Part shown: positions 1 to 9,244 of the stretch, in pieces
How positions within the stretch are numbered: position 1 is the stretch's first letter
How the letters are laid out: each line of letters starts with the position of its first letter
NCBI GenBank assembly: GCA_031459385.1
Contig: JAVKIP010000002.1
Span: 160,355-224,354, forward strand
Source of the DNA: Candidatus Fervidifonticultor secundus
GTDB lineage: Bacteria; Sysuimicrobiota; Sysuimicrobiia; Sysuimicrobiales; Humicultoraceae
Direction: 5' to 3'
DNA length: 64,000 bases
Program-made: the position numbers and the translations under genes
Notes under the pieces: model-generated
The model's input: only the letters and a program-made list of their open reading frames with translations
Database searches by the model: none
What the model was told of the DNA's origin: nothing

Positions 1-151
1 TGGCGTCTTCGACAATCCGATGGGCATGCTCTTCAGCGGACTTGATTCGCGCCTCGGCGATGGTCCTGCGCAGGAGGTACCCGAGGAGGAGTGCGATCAG
101 CCCCACGACGATGGTGACGGTGTACGTACCCAGGGCGTCGATGATGGACAC
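1..151 (-). CDS. rny: Ribonuclease Y, N-terminal part (runs off window)
   Basis: Not in ORF track. Manual translation: (V)SIIDALGTYTVTIVVGLIALLLGYLLRRTIAEARIKSAEEHAHRIVEDA, a TM anchor plus coiled-coil start typical of RNase Y; SD GGAGGT at 155-150; recA-recX-rny synteny. Confidence 0.85.
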   Translation of the reverse strand, partial: MSIIDALGTYTVTIVVGLIALLLGYLLRRTIAEARIKSAEEHAHRIVEDA

Positions 152-226
152 CTCCCTCGGCTGTCAGTGACCTCGCGCGCATCACCCTCCGGTTGGTCCA
201 GGATGTGGCCGTCAGGTTGTCAAAAC

Positions 227-256
227 ATTGTAGCGAGGAATCGAAAAGAGCGTCAA
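227..256 (-). promoter_or_regulatory. Sigma70-type promoter for rny
   Basis: TTGACG (256-251), 18-nt spacer, TACAAT (232-227). Confidence 0.75.
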
Positions 257-299
257 GGACGTGCATTGCCTCAGAATAGATCCAAGTCGGATCGCCGTC

Positions 300-615
300 G
301 CCCCATCGAAAGCCCGCGGCTACTTGGCCGTCTTTGGCTTCCGCCCTGACCCCTCTCGCCAGGGGCCAAACGGCCCAGGCCCTGCACCGCCGTCCTCCAC
401 TGCCGCTGGGAGGCTTCCGGCTCTCTGGGTAGCAAGCGCTTGCGCCCGTTTCTGGCGCCCTTCACCCATGCGGCTCGTCGTCAGGACCCTGTGGGGGCCC
501 CAGGGTGATCAGCGCTACAATCGGGCCAGGACCCCCTCCCAGCGCGTCCTGGAGGCCCCGGAGGTCGCGCCCTCCACCACGCAGGTCCCCCCGGGGGTCT
601 CCCACACCCTCAACC
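300..615. ncRNA. Candidate structured non-coding RNA, family unassigned
   Basis: No credible ORF; nested long-range complementarities (404-413/535-544 perfect 10 bp; 394-399/550-555; 426-430/464-468; 486-491/501-506; 326-338/365-375). Confidence 0.4.
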
Positions 616-629
616 CGGTTGCGCGCCAC

Positions 630-3600
630 CTAGTCTCCTGTGGCCGTGTACGGGCAGATGGACGCGAAGGCGCAGTACCGACAGGCCCGATAGAAGTCCG
701 GGGTGGCCACAAACTGCTGGCGGCGGATGCCAGCGGCGGCCCGCGCGATCGCCTCTTCGGCGTCGGGCAGCATCGCCTCGGTGGGCACCGTCGAGCCCAC
801 CAGGACCCGCTGGGGCCCGAGGAAGTGGAGTTCCAGACGGTCGGGCAGCCGGCCGTACTGGCGCTGGTAGGCCAGGGCGTAGATGGCCAGCTGCAGGCTC
901 TCCCGGGCCCGACGATCCGCGTCCTTCTGCTGGCGGACGTCGCTGGTCTTGAAATCGATGATGACGATCTCCTGGCGGGCGTCGCCGTCCGGCCCGGGCG
1001 CCCGCCGCAGGTCTACCCGGTCCCACCGCCCGCGTACACGGGTGGTGCCCAGGGAGAAGGCGAAGCGGCTCTCGACCATGGTGGGCACGGTGTCGCTGGC
1101 CTGCTGGTATTCGAAGAACCGGGCCAGCACGGCCCGGCCTTCTTCCAGCCGCTGGTCTTCGTGCTCCCGGCTGATGAAGCCATCGGTGACCCACGCCTGC
1201 TCGAACGCCCGGATGAGATCATCGAGGGTCACCGGCTGCCCCCGCGCGCGGCGCCGGTTGTACTCCATGGCGCCGGCATGCACGGCGGCGCCGTAGACAA
1301 CCCGGTGGTCCCGCAGCAGCGGCACCCGCAGCACGTGCGTGTACTTGTACTTCAGCGGGCAGAGCTCGTAGTCGTCCACCTGGCGGAACGACAGGACCAG
1401 CGGCGCGTCCTCGGGCAGCACGCCCGGCAGCACCTGCTGCGGCTCATTTCGGGGCGCGTGGCGGTGAATCGCCTCCAGCGGCGACGGCTGCAGGGCCCGC
1501 ACGTCGACCGCGGGTCGATCCAGGGCCTCCAGCACGAACCGGCTCACCTTCCGGGGGCGCAGCCCACCGTAGTCGCGGGCGCTCGTCAGCACCAGTTCCG
1601 CTTTCGCCCGGGTCATGCCGACGTAGAACAGCCGGCGTTCCTCTTGGAGGTGGCTATCTCCGGTCGGGAGGACCTCCCGGTCGCGGACCAGCTCGTCGGG
1701 CAACTCCAGCGGATCGGTGCGGTGGCGCGTGGGAAACTTATCGGCGACGCAGTTCACCAGGAAGACCACGGGGAACTCCAGCCCTTTGGCCTTGTGGACG
1801 GTCAGCACGTGCACGCCGTCGAAGGCCGGATCGGGATCCGGCAAGGGCGGATCGTCGCCGGCAGCGATCAGGTCATCGATGCGGCGCACGAACTCGGGGA
1901 CGCGATCGTACAGCGCCACGTCGCCGTGGCGCGCCACGATGTCGAACAGCCGCGCCAGGTTGGCTACCTTGGCTTCGTCGCCGGGTTGCTCCGAGGTAGC
2001 GAGCCGGCGGATGTAGCCGGTGCGCTGCACGAGGTACTCGTACAGCACGCGGCCCGTGGCGTGGTGACGCATCAGACGCCGCATCTCGTCCAGGTCCTCC
2101 ACGAGCCTGGCGATGGCCGCCTGGCTCTCCGGCGCCAGCTCCGCGGCGAGGTCCGGCGCGCTGCCGAGGTGGCGGAACGTGTGCTCGAGCGAGCGGTTCC
2201 TGCGGTGCGCGTACGCCAGCGCCCGGGCCATGTCCGTGGGATCGATGAGGTAGAGCTCCGACGTGCCCAGGTAGTACAGGCTGAGGTTGTCCGCCGGGCT
2301 GGCCAGCACGCGGAGGAAGGCCAGCGCCACGCGCACCTCCTCGCGGTCGTACAGCCCACGGGTGCCAGAGAACCACCAGGGGATGCCCCGCACGTTCAGC
2401 GCGCGCAGGAACGGGTCCGCATCCTGATTGCTGCGGACCAGGATGGCGCAGTCCCCGTACCGTCCGCCGCCGGCGACGTACTCGGCGATGGCCCCGGCCA
2501 CGGCGTCGGCCTCGGTGCTCAACGTGTCGTAGTGCCGGTGCTCCACGGGCCGGCCGGGTCCCCCCAGCGCCACCAGCCGTTTGTCCAGGCCATTGCGGAC
2601 CTCGAGGCGGTCCGGGTTGTTGTGCTGGATCAGCCTGTATGCAGCGTCGAGAATCGCCTGGGGCGAGCGAAAGTTCTCCGTCAGGACGACCTGCGCGGCG
2701 TCGGGGTAGGTCGCCGTGAACCCCAGGATGTTGCTGATGGCGGCGCCGCGGAACTTGTAGATGCTCTGGTCGTCGTCTCCCACGACGGTGAGGTTGCGGT
2801 GCCCAGCGACCAGCAGCTTCAGCAGCTCGAACTGCGCATGGTTGGTGTCCTGGAACTCGTCCACGAGCACGTACCGGAACCGCGCCTGGTAGCGCGTGAG
2901 AATGTCGGGACGCCGGCGGAAGAGCTGCAGCGGTAGCACGATCAGATCGCCAAAGTCCACACGCCCGGCCCCCAGAAGCAGGCGCTGGTACCCCCGGTAG
3001 ACACGAGCCAGTTCCACATGCGTCGCCGCCAGCTCCCGCGCCTCGACATCCGTGCCCGCCTCGGCGCGTCCGGCCAGGTCCTGCGCGTAGGCCTCGTACT
3101 CCTCCGGGGCGATGTCCTCGTCTTTGGCCCTGCTGATCACCCCCAGCAGCGCGTGGATGTACCGGGTGGGGTCGCCGAGCGGGCGGTACCGCTCAAGCGG
3201 CAGCTCAAAGAGGCGATCACGGAAAAAGATGTACTGTTCAGGGCGGGACAGCACGCGGAAGTCAGGCGGCAGCCCGACCTCCAGCGCCTGCTCGCGCAGC
3301 ACGCGGTCCCCGAAGGCGTGGAACGTCCCGATCCAGGTGTCGGTGTACCCATAGGGCACCAGCTGGTCGACGCGGGCTTCCATCTCGACGGCCGCCTTCT
3401 CCGTGAAGGTCAGGGCGAGGATCTCCGACGGCTTCGCCCGCCGCGTGGCGATCAGCCATGCGATGCGCCGGGTGATGACCGTGGTTTTCCCCGTCCCCGC
3501 CCCGGCCACGATCAGGAGGGGACCATCCCCGTGGACGACCGCCGCCCGTTGGGCGGCGGTCAGGCCTTCCAGGACGCGCTCGCCGGCGTCGTCCGCTGCG

Positions 3601-3674
3601 ACCGCCGGTGCGCTGGCGAACTCCAGCGTCAACTGGTCAGCCAGGCGGGGGCGGTCAGGGAATCGCGTCGTCAT
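630..3674 (-). CDS. UvrD/PcrA-like SF1 helicase fused to C-terminal PD-(D/E)XK nuclease (AdnAB/AddAB-like)
   Basis: AGAGTGKT, LVDEFQDTN, VGDDDQSIY, TVHKAKGLEF, EERRLFYVGMTRA; nuclease GRWDRVD..IIDFKT..QLAIY; Cys pattern C..(long)..CxxCxxxxxC. Confidence 0.92.
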   Translation of the reverse strand: MTTRFPDRPRLADQLTLEFASAPAVAADDAGERVLEGLTAAQRAAVVHGDGPLLIVAGAGTGKTTVITRRIAWLIATRRAKPSEILALTFTEKAAVEMEARVDQLVPYGYTDTWIGTFHAFGDRVLREQALEVGLPPDFRVLSRPEQYIFFRDRLFELPLERYRPLGDPTRYIHALLGVISRAKDEDIAPEEYEAYAQDLAGRAEAGTDVEARELAATHVELARVYRGYQRLLLGAGRVDFGDLIVLPLQLFRRRPDILTRYQARFRYVLVDEFQDTNHAQFELLKLLVAGHRNLTVVGDDDQSIYKFRGAAISNILGFTATYPDAAQVVLTENFRSPQAILDAAYRLIQHNNPDRLEVRNGLDKRLVALGGPGRPVEHRHYDTLSTEADAVAGAIAEYVAGGGRYGDCAILVRSNQDADPFLRALNVRGIPWWFSGTRGLYDREEVRVALAFLRVLASPADNLSLYYLGTSELYLIDPTDMARALAYAHRRNRSLEHTFRHLGSAPDLAAELAPESQAAIARLVEDLDEMRRLMRHHATGRVLYEYLVQRTGYIRRLATSEQPGDEAKVANLARLFDIVARHGDVALYDRVPEFVRRIDDLIAAGDDPPLPDPDPAFDGVHVLTVHKAKGLEFPVVFLVNCVADKFPTRHRTDPLELPDELVRDREVLPTGDSHLQEERRLFYVGMTRAKAELVLTSARDYGGLRPRKVSRFVLEALDRPAVDVRALQPSPLEAIHRHAPRNEPQQVLPGVLPEDAPLVLSFRQVDDYELCPLKYKYTHVLRVPLLRDHRVVYGAAVHAGAMEYNRRRARGQPVTLDDLIRAFEQAWVTDGFISREHEDQRLEEGRAVLARFFEYQQASDTVPTMVESRFAFSLGTTRVRGRWDRVDLRRAPGPDGDARQEIVIIDFKTSDVRQQKDADRRARESLQLAIYALAYQRQYGRLPDRLELHFLGPQRVLVGSTVPTEAMLPDAEEAIARAAAGIRRQQFVATPDFYRACRYCAFASICPYTATGD

Positions 3675-4308
3675 CCCGCTCGGGGCCGGCGGGTCCCATG
3701 ACCGTCCGCAGGGCCCGGGTGATCGCCTCCGTGCCGAAGCCCCGCCGCTGCAGCCAGGAAGCCAGCCGCCGCCGCGCCGTTGCGGGCGGGAGCCCGCGCA
3801 GCCGGAGGGAGCGCGCCGCGGCCTGTGCCGTGGCCAGCTCGTCCTCCCAGGCGGCTGGCAGGGCGGCCGCCAGCGCGTCGTGGATCACGCGTCTGTCGAC
3901 GCCGCGCGCCGAGAGCTCGGCGGCGAGGCGCCGGCGGCCGCTGGGCCGCAGACGTAGCCGGTCGGCGATCCAGGCCCGCGCGAACCGTGCGTCGTCGATC
4001 CAGCCCACCTGCGTCAGGTCGGCGACCACGGCCGCAACGTCGTCGCCGGCGTAGCCGCGCCGCCGCAGCGCGCGCTCGAGCTCTGCCCGGCTCCGCAGCC
4101 GCCGCTGCAGCAAGCGCAGCGCCGCGGTTCGCGCGTCCTGGCGCGCCGCTAGCTGGCGGGCCCGCTCCAGGACCGCCCCCGGGAGGAGTGCGCCCTCGAC
4201 GACGCCCAGCGCGTCCACATCGCGTGCGCCGAGCCGCAGGGTGCCCAGGCGCTCGACGGTCACGAGCCGGACGTCCGGATCCCGCGGCCAGGTCCGGACG
4301 CTGATCAC
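3655..4308 (-). CDS. recX: Regulatory protein RecX
   Basis: RSRAELERAL, GWIDDARFA, G..RL..EL..RGV, LQRRGF; directly downstream of recA. Confidence 0.9.
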   Translation of the reverse strand: MISVRTWPRDPDVRLVTVERLGTLRLGARDVDALGVVEGALLPGAVLERARQLAARQDARTAALRLLQRRLRSRAELERALRRRGYAGDDVAAVVADLTQVGWIDDARFARAWIADRLRLRPSGRRRLAAELSARGVDRRVIHDALAAALPAAWEDELATAQAAARSLRLRGLPPATARRRLASWLQRRGFGTEAITRALRTVMGPAGPERDDDAIP

Positions 4309-4346
4309 ACGGCAGGCCGCATCCGTCGGCGCAGCAGGTCCGCGCG

Positions 4347-5411
4347 TCAGCTGCGGGCCCTCGCCACGGGCCGGGCCACAGGCTCCGGCGGCGGCGGCAC
4401 ATCGGCCACCGGCGCACCACGCACGATCCCCTTGGTCTCCCGGACGCGCCGTTCGATCTCCCGCGCCACCTCGGGATTGCTCTCGAGGAACTCGCGGGCG
4501 TTGTCGCGGCCCTGCCCCAACCGCAGGTCCCCATAGGTGAACCAGGCCCCGGACCGCGTGACGATGCCCAGCGCCGCAGCGGTGTCCAGGGCGCTAGCCG
4601 CTTTGGAGATACCCTGCCCGTAGATGATGTCGAATTCAGCATCGCGGAACGGCGGCGCGAGCTTGTTCTTGACCACCTTGACCCGCGCACGCATACCCCT
4701 GACCTCGTCTCCGCTCTTGAGATTCTCGGTCTTGCGGATCTCCATGCGAATCGAGGCGTAGAACTTGAGCGCCCGACCACCGGTGGTGGTCTCGGGGTTG
4801 CCGAACATGATGCCGATCTTCTCGCGGATCTGGTTGATGAAGATCACCGTGGTGCGGGACTTGCTGATGGTCCCTACCAGCTTCCGCAGGGCCTGCGACA
4901 TCAGTCGCGCCTGCAACCCCACGTGGGCGTCGCCCATCTCCCCTTCGAGTTCGGCCTTGGGGACCAGCGCAGCGACTGAGTCGACCACCACGACGTCGAC
5001 CGCGCCACTGCGCACCAGCGTCTCGGCGATCTCCAGCGCCTGCTCCCCGGAGTCAGGCTGGGAGAGCAGCAGGTTGTCGACATCAACACCCACCGCGCGC
5101 GCATAGGTGGGATCCAACGCGTGCTCGGCGTCGATAAAGGCAGCGACGCCCCCTTCCCGCTGTGCCTCTGCGATGATGTGGTAGCCCAGCGTGGTCTTCC
5201 CGGAGGCTTCCGGGCCGTAGATCTCGACGACCCGGCCGCGCGGCACCCCGCCGATGCCCAGGGCCACGTCGAGCGCGAGCGCCCCGGTGGGAATCACCTC
5301 GACCTGCAGCTTGGCGGTCGCCTCACCCAGGCGCATGATCGATCCCTTGCCGAACTGCTTTTCGATCTGCGACAGTGCCAGATCCAGCGCACGCTGACGC
5401 TCGCTGCTCAT
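4347..5411 (-). CDS. recA: Recombinase RecA
   Basis: [47 protein letters not shown]. Confidence 0.99.
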   Translation of the reverse strand: MSSERQRALDLALSQIEKQFGKGSIMRLGEATAKLQVEVIPTGALALDVALGIGGVPRGRVVEIYGPEASGKTTLGYHIIAEAQREGGVAAFIDAEHALDPTYARAVGVDVDNLLLSQPDSGEQALEIAETLVRSGAVDVVVVDSVAALVPKAELEGEMGDAHVGLQARLMSQALRKLVGTISKSRTTVIFINQIREKIGIMFGNPETTTGGRALKFYASIRMEIRKTENLKSGDEVRGMRARVKVVKNKLAPPFRDAEFDIIYGQGISKAASALDTAAALGIVTRSGAWFTYGDLRLGQGRDNAREFLESNPEVAREIERRVRETKGIVRGAPVADVPPPPEPVARPVARARS

Positions 5412-5449
5412 ATAGGGGTGGCCCTCCTCCCTGCGGACTCAATGGCCCA

Positions 5450-5478
5450 AGGCTACCAAACAAATGTTCGCCTGTCAA
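5450..5478 (-). promoter_or_regulatory. recA promoter with LexA (Cheo/SOS) box in the spacer
   Basis: TTGACA (5478-5473), 17 nt, TAGCCT (5455-5450); CGAACATTTGTTTG (5470-5457) matches CGAAC-N4-GTTYG. Confidence 0.85.
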
Positions 5479-5523
5479 CCCTGTACGCTGCACGCGTGCA
5501 GCCGATCATACTACGTATGGGGG

Positions 5524-6120
5524 TCAGGCGGGGGTAGAGTTCAACCTCTGGCCAAGCGGGACCTCCTTCCGGACGGTATAGACGGGTCCCTCCGGCGTCA
5601 GCTGACTCTCCATTACCTCGATCTTGGCCACACGCTGCCGGCCGATCTCCACGTCGCGATGCTGCTCGATGGCGCGGACGACGTCTCCCCATCGCTGCTG
5701 GTCCTTCACGCGCGCCAGGGTGACGTGGGGTCGAAAGGGCCGGGGGTCTTCGGGGAATCCATGCCGGCGCAGTGCCGCGGCAAGAGCCGCAGCCAGACCG
5801 CCCAGGGCCTCTGCTCCCTCGCGGGTGCCGACCCACACGACCTGGGGGCGCCGGGGACCGGGGAACACCCCGAGCCCGCCAAGCCGGATCTCGAACGGCT
5901 CGACCGTGGCGGCCGCCTCTCGCGCCGCCACGGTCGCCCGCGCCACCTGCGCCAGGGGGATTGCGCCAAGAAACCGCAAGGTCACGTGCAGGTGCTCGGG
6001 GTGGACCCAGCGCAACCGGGCCCCGGCCTGCCGCATACGCTCTTGACAATCCTCAAGTGCACGCCGCAGCGCGGGGTCCAGGGCCACGGCGATGAACGTG
6101 CGGTGGAGCGTGTCTGGCAC
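5524..6120 (-). CDS. thpR: RNA 2',3'-cyclic phosphodiesterase (2H phosphoesterase)
   Basis: Two HxT motifs (HLHVTLRFLG, FRPHVTLAR); cinA-thpR-recA synteny; GTG start at 6120. Confidence 0.92.
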   Translation of the reverse strand: MPDTLHRTFIAVALDPALRRALEDCQERMRQAGARLRWVHPEHLHVTLRFLGAIPLAQVARATVAAREAAATVEPFEIRLGGLGVFPGPRRPQVVWVGTREGAEALGGLAAALAAALRRHGFPEDPRPFRPHVTLARVKDQQRWGDVVRAIEQHRDVEIGRQRVAKIEVMESQLTPEGPVYTVRKEVPLGQRLNSTPA

Positions 6121-6125
6121 CGGGC

Positions 6126-7364
6126 CTATCCGCGCAGCAGCGTCAGGCGCAGGAGATTCAGCGCTGTCTGGGCGGCCAGGTGGCGGATCACCCCACGCTC
6201 GAGGGTTGCCCCGAACCGGAACTCTTCCACCCACGGCGCGCCGGTTGATGTTAGCGCGATGTACACGAGGCCCACCGGCTTCTCCGCGGTGCCGCCGGCC
6301 GGTCCCGCAATGCCGGTGACCGCCAGCCCGAGATCCGCGCCGGCGCGCCGCCGCGCACCCTCGGCCATGGCGACGGCCACCGGCGCGCTCACAGCGCCGT
6401 GCGATGCCAGGAGGGCCGGCGGGACCTCCAGGTCGCGGATCTTGGCCTCGTCGCTGTACGGCAGGTACCCCGCCAGGAAGAACGCCGACGCGCCTGGCCG
6501 TTCAGCCAGGCGGGAGGCGATCAAGCCCGCCGTACACGACTCGGCCACGGCCAGCGTCCGCGCGCGCTCCACCAGCAACCTGGCCGTGGCGCTCTGCAGT
6601 GTCTCGTCGTCGAGGCCGAAGACCGCCTCGCCGAGACGATCCCGGAGTGCCGCCTCCACCCCGTCCAGCATGACGCCCACGGCATCCGGTGCGCCCTTGG
6701 CCGTAATACGGAGATGCACCTCGCCGAGCTTCGCCAGTGGCGCCACGGTTGGGTTGGTACCGTGGATGAGGGCACGCACACGCTCCTCCACCACCGACTC
6801 GCCCAACCCGGCGATGCGCAGCACCCTGGAGCGGATGACGACCCCGCCGGCCCGCCCGGTCAGCCAGGGAATCAGCCCCTCCGCGACCAGGCCCTCCATC
6901 TCGTGCGGTACGCCAGGGAACATGAAGATCGTGCGTCCGTCCGCCGGGACCATCAGGCCGGGGGCCGTACCGCGACGATTGGGAATGACCCGGGCACCCT
7001 GCGGGATCTTGGCCTGACGGAACACCGACGGCGGCGGCTCACGGCGGCGCTGGGCGAAGAACGCGGCGATGCTGCCGGCCACCTGCTCGTCGTGGGCCAG
7101 CGGTACGCCCAGCGCGGCCGCCACGGCTTCGGCGGTCAGGTCGTCCTCCGTAGGTCCCAGGCCGCCAGTCGTGATCACGAGGTCCGCGCGGCTCAGCGCC
7201 AGCCGGACCGCAGCCTGGATGCGCTCGAGGTTGTCGCCCACCGTCTGCTTGTGGAGCAGGTCGACGCCATGGGATGCCAGCAAGCGGGCCAGGTAGACGG
7301 CGTTGGTGTCGGTGATCTGTCCGAGCAGGAGCTCAGTGCCGACGGAGATCAACTCGGCCCGCAT
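6126..7364 (-). CDS. cinA: Competence/damage-inducible protein CinA (molybdopterin-binding-like domain + PncC)
   Basis: ISVGTELLLG..DTN, TGGLGPTEDDLT, AESCTAG, TGIAGP.GG. Confidence 0.95.
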   Translation of the reverse strand: MRAELISVGTELLLGQITDTNAVYLARLLASHGVDLLHKQTVGDNLERIQAAVRLALSRADLVITTGGLGPTEDDLTAEAVAAALGVPLAHDEQVAGSIAAFFAQRRREPPPSVFRQAKIPQGARVIPNRRGTAPGLMVPADGRTIFMFPGVPHEMEGLVAEGLIPWLTGRAGGVVIRSRVLRIAGLGESVVEERVRALIHGTNPTVAPLAKLGEVHLRITAKGAPDAVGVMLDGVEAALRDRLGEAVFGLDDETLQSATARLLVERARTLAVAESCTAGLIASRLAERPGASAFFLAGYLPYSDEAKIRDLEVPPALLASHGAVSAPVAVAMAEGARRRAGADLGLAVTGIAGPAGGTAEKPVGLVYIALTSTGAPWVEEFRFGATLERGVIRHLAAQTALNLLRLTLLRG

Positions 7365-7389
7365 CGTGTCCGGACCTCCCGCCGGGCGC

Positions 7390-8226
7390 TCAGGGCAGCG
7401 GCTCCCTGCCGAACGTGCGGCTGACGACTTCGCCCGGCCGTCCCAGCGGCCCCAGGGGCCTGCCGTTGACGGTGAGCACCACGGCCGCTGCGTTGCCGAC
7501 CCGGAGCGTGACCGGCCCGTCGCTCTGCCATCGTCGTATCTGGCCGGCCGTCACGAACCCCTCGAACAACGGTCCCTGGGCGCTCCGCACGAGGATCCAC
7601 GAGCGTCCCAGGGCCTGAATCTCGACGACCACCCCCTGGCCCTCAGTGGCACCGACATCGGCGCCGGCGGGCGACAGCGGTGCTGCTGCGGGGGCAGGTG
7701 GTGCGGCAGGTGGTGTGTCGGTCGGGGGAGCCGTGTCGGGGCCTGCGCGCTGACTGGCAGCAGGCGTGGCCGGGGTCTCGGGCGTCGCCTGCGGCCGGCT
7801 GAACTCACGGAGCTGTTGCCCGAGGTAGACGACGGACGCCACCAGGACGACCGCGAGGGCGATCCCGACCGACGTGACGATCCGGCGGAGCCGGGACCTG
7901 GGCTGGGCCGGCATGATCGGCGACCGCACGGCCTGGACGAGGCCGCTGGCACGGGGCGGCCGCATGGTCCCTGCCAGGCGGTCGACGAGCGCCGCGCTGT
8001 CCAGTTCGAGCTCACGGGCCACCGCGCGCAGAAATCCGCGCGCGTACGGAAACGGCGGCAGGTCGTCGAAGGCCTCGTTCTCCAGGGCGGCGAGGAACCT
8101 GGCCGAGATCTTGGTCCGTGCCTGGAGGTCGGCCAGCGTGAGGCCACGGGCCTGGCGCGCCGCCCGCAGCGCCGTGCCGATGCCCGCTCCCTCCGGTCGG
8201 TGGCGAGACGGCTCCGAGGACGTCAC
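7390..8226 (-). CDS. rodZ: RodZ-like protein (HTH + TM + DUF4115)
   Basis: N-terminal HTH (TKIS..FL.ALE, YARGFLR), single TM, P/A linker, C-terminal SWI..LRVGNA..LTVNG..LG. Confidence 0.8.
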   Translation of the reverse strand: MTSSEPSRHRPEGAGIGTALRAARQARGLTLADLQARTKISARFLAALENEAFDDLPPFPYARGFLRAVARELELDSAALVDRLAGTMRPPRASGLVQAVRSPIMPAQPRSRLRRIVTSVGIALAVVLVASVVYLGQQLREFSRPQATPETPATPAASQRAGPDTAPPTDTPPAAPPAPAAAPLSPAGADVGATEGQGVVVEIQALGRSWILVRSAQGPLFEGFVTAGQIRRWQSDGPVTLRVGNAAAVVLTVNGRPLGPLGRPGEVVSRTFGREPLP

Positions 8227-8286
8227 AGTGCGGAGGTTTCGCGGGGTGGGTACATTTCCCTCCGCAGTCCACGCGCGGCGAGGACC

Positions 8287-9243
8287 TCACGCCTGCGGGT
8301 GGCCGCGACGCCGCGCAGCCCAGGCACCCTCGATGGCCGCCGCCAGCGCGATGTTGTGCTCCAGCAGCGCGAGGTTCGCGGCAACCGCTGCGCCGCCCGT
8401 CGCCCGATCCACAGCAGCCAGGAGATAGGGTGTGAGCTGCGCGCCGCCGATTCCCGCAGCAGCGGCCGCGGCGTACCCCGCAGCCACCGCGCGCTGGATC
8501 GCTGCCGCGTCCAGGGCCGCGCCGGCAGGCGGCGGCTGCACGACCAGCAGCGCGGTGTGATCGCCCAGGCGGCCCTTTGCCTGCGCGATGGCGGCCACCT
8601 CATCGGGCGTCTCGACCCGGTGGGGCACCGGCACGCCGCTGTCGCCGGCGTAGAATGCCGGGAACGTGGCCGTGCGGTAGCCGACCACGGTGACGCCAGC
8701 GGTCTCCAGCGCCTCGACGGTCTTGGGGATGTCACACAGCGCCTTGGCCCCCGTGCAGACGACCATGAGCGGGTGCTGAGCCAGCGCCCCCAGGTCCGGG
8801 GAGACGTCCCAAGAGTCTGCGACCCCGACGTGGACGCCTCCGATGCCCCCGGTCGCCAGGGTCGCCACGCCTGCCGTGTGCGCGAGGGCCAGCGTTGCGG
8901 AGACCGTGGTGCCCCCGTGCGCCCCGCGCGCGACCGCCACGGGGAGATCGCGACGGGCGACCTTCACCGTCCCTGGCCCCAGCAGAAAGGCGAGGTCGTC
9001 CAGGGGTGCCCCCACGACGCACTGCCCCGCGCGCACCGCGCACAACGCGGGCGTGACGCCGGCCTGGCGCAGCAGCGCCTGCGCGCGTCTGGCCAGCGTT
9101 CGAGCGCGCTCGGGCGGCAGGCCGTGCGAGAACACCGCGCTCTCGAGCGCCACCACCGGTGCGCCGGTGGCCACGGCCTCCACGACCTCATGGCTGACGT
9201 CGACGAGCGCCGCCCCGACGCTGACGATGGTCTCGCCGGTCAC
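8287..9243 (-). CDS. psuG: Pseudouridine-5'-phosphate glycosidase
   Basis: VVALES..SHG, GGTTVSAT, TGGIGGVH, DVSPDL, CTGAK, LTPYLL; SD AAGGAGG before GTG 9243. Confidence 0.92.
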   Translation of the reverse strand: MTGETIVSVGAALVDVSHEVVEAVATGAPVVALESAVFSHGLPPERARTLARRAQALLRQAGVTPALCAVRAGQCVVGAPLDDLAFLLGPGTVKVARRDLPVAVARGAHGGTTVSATLALAHTAGVATLATGGIGGVHVGVADSWDVSPDLGALAQHPLMVVCTGAKALCDIPKTVEALETAGVTVVGYRTATFPAFYAGDSGVPVPHRVETPDEVAAIAQAKGRLGDHTALLVVQPPPAGAALDAAAIQRAVAAGYAAAAAAGIGGAQLTPYLLAAVDRATGGAAVAANLALLEHNIALAAAIEGAWAARRRGHPQA

Positions 9244-9244
9244 G

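Noticed and set aside
286..580. tmRNA-like fragments (GGGGCGA..CGAC on minus; ..CTCCACCA on plus) and partial resemblance to raiA, cobalamin, SAM and lysine motifs
   Set aside because: The tmRNA-like ends are on opposite strands with no tag frame or T-arm; core conserved motifs of the other families are missing.
261..2936. Long + strand ORFs (891 aa here; also 11234-13756, 17825-20329, 38004-40577, 48063-50474)
   Set aside because: Antisense shadows of well-supported minus-strand genes, expected at this GC content; no recognisable motifs.
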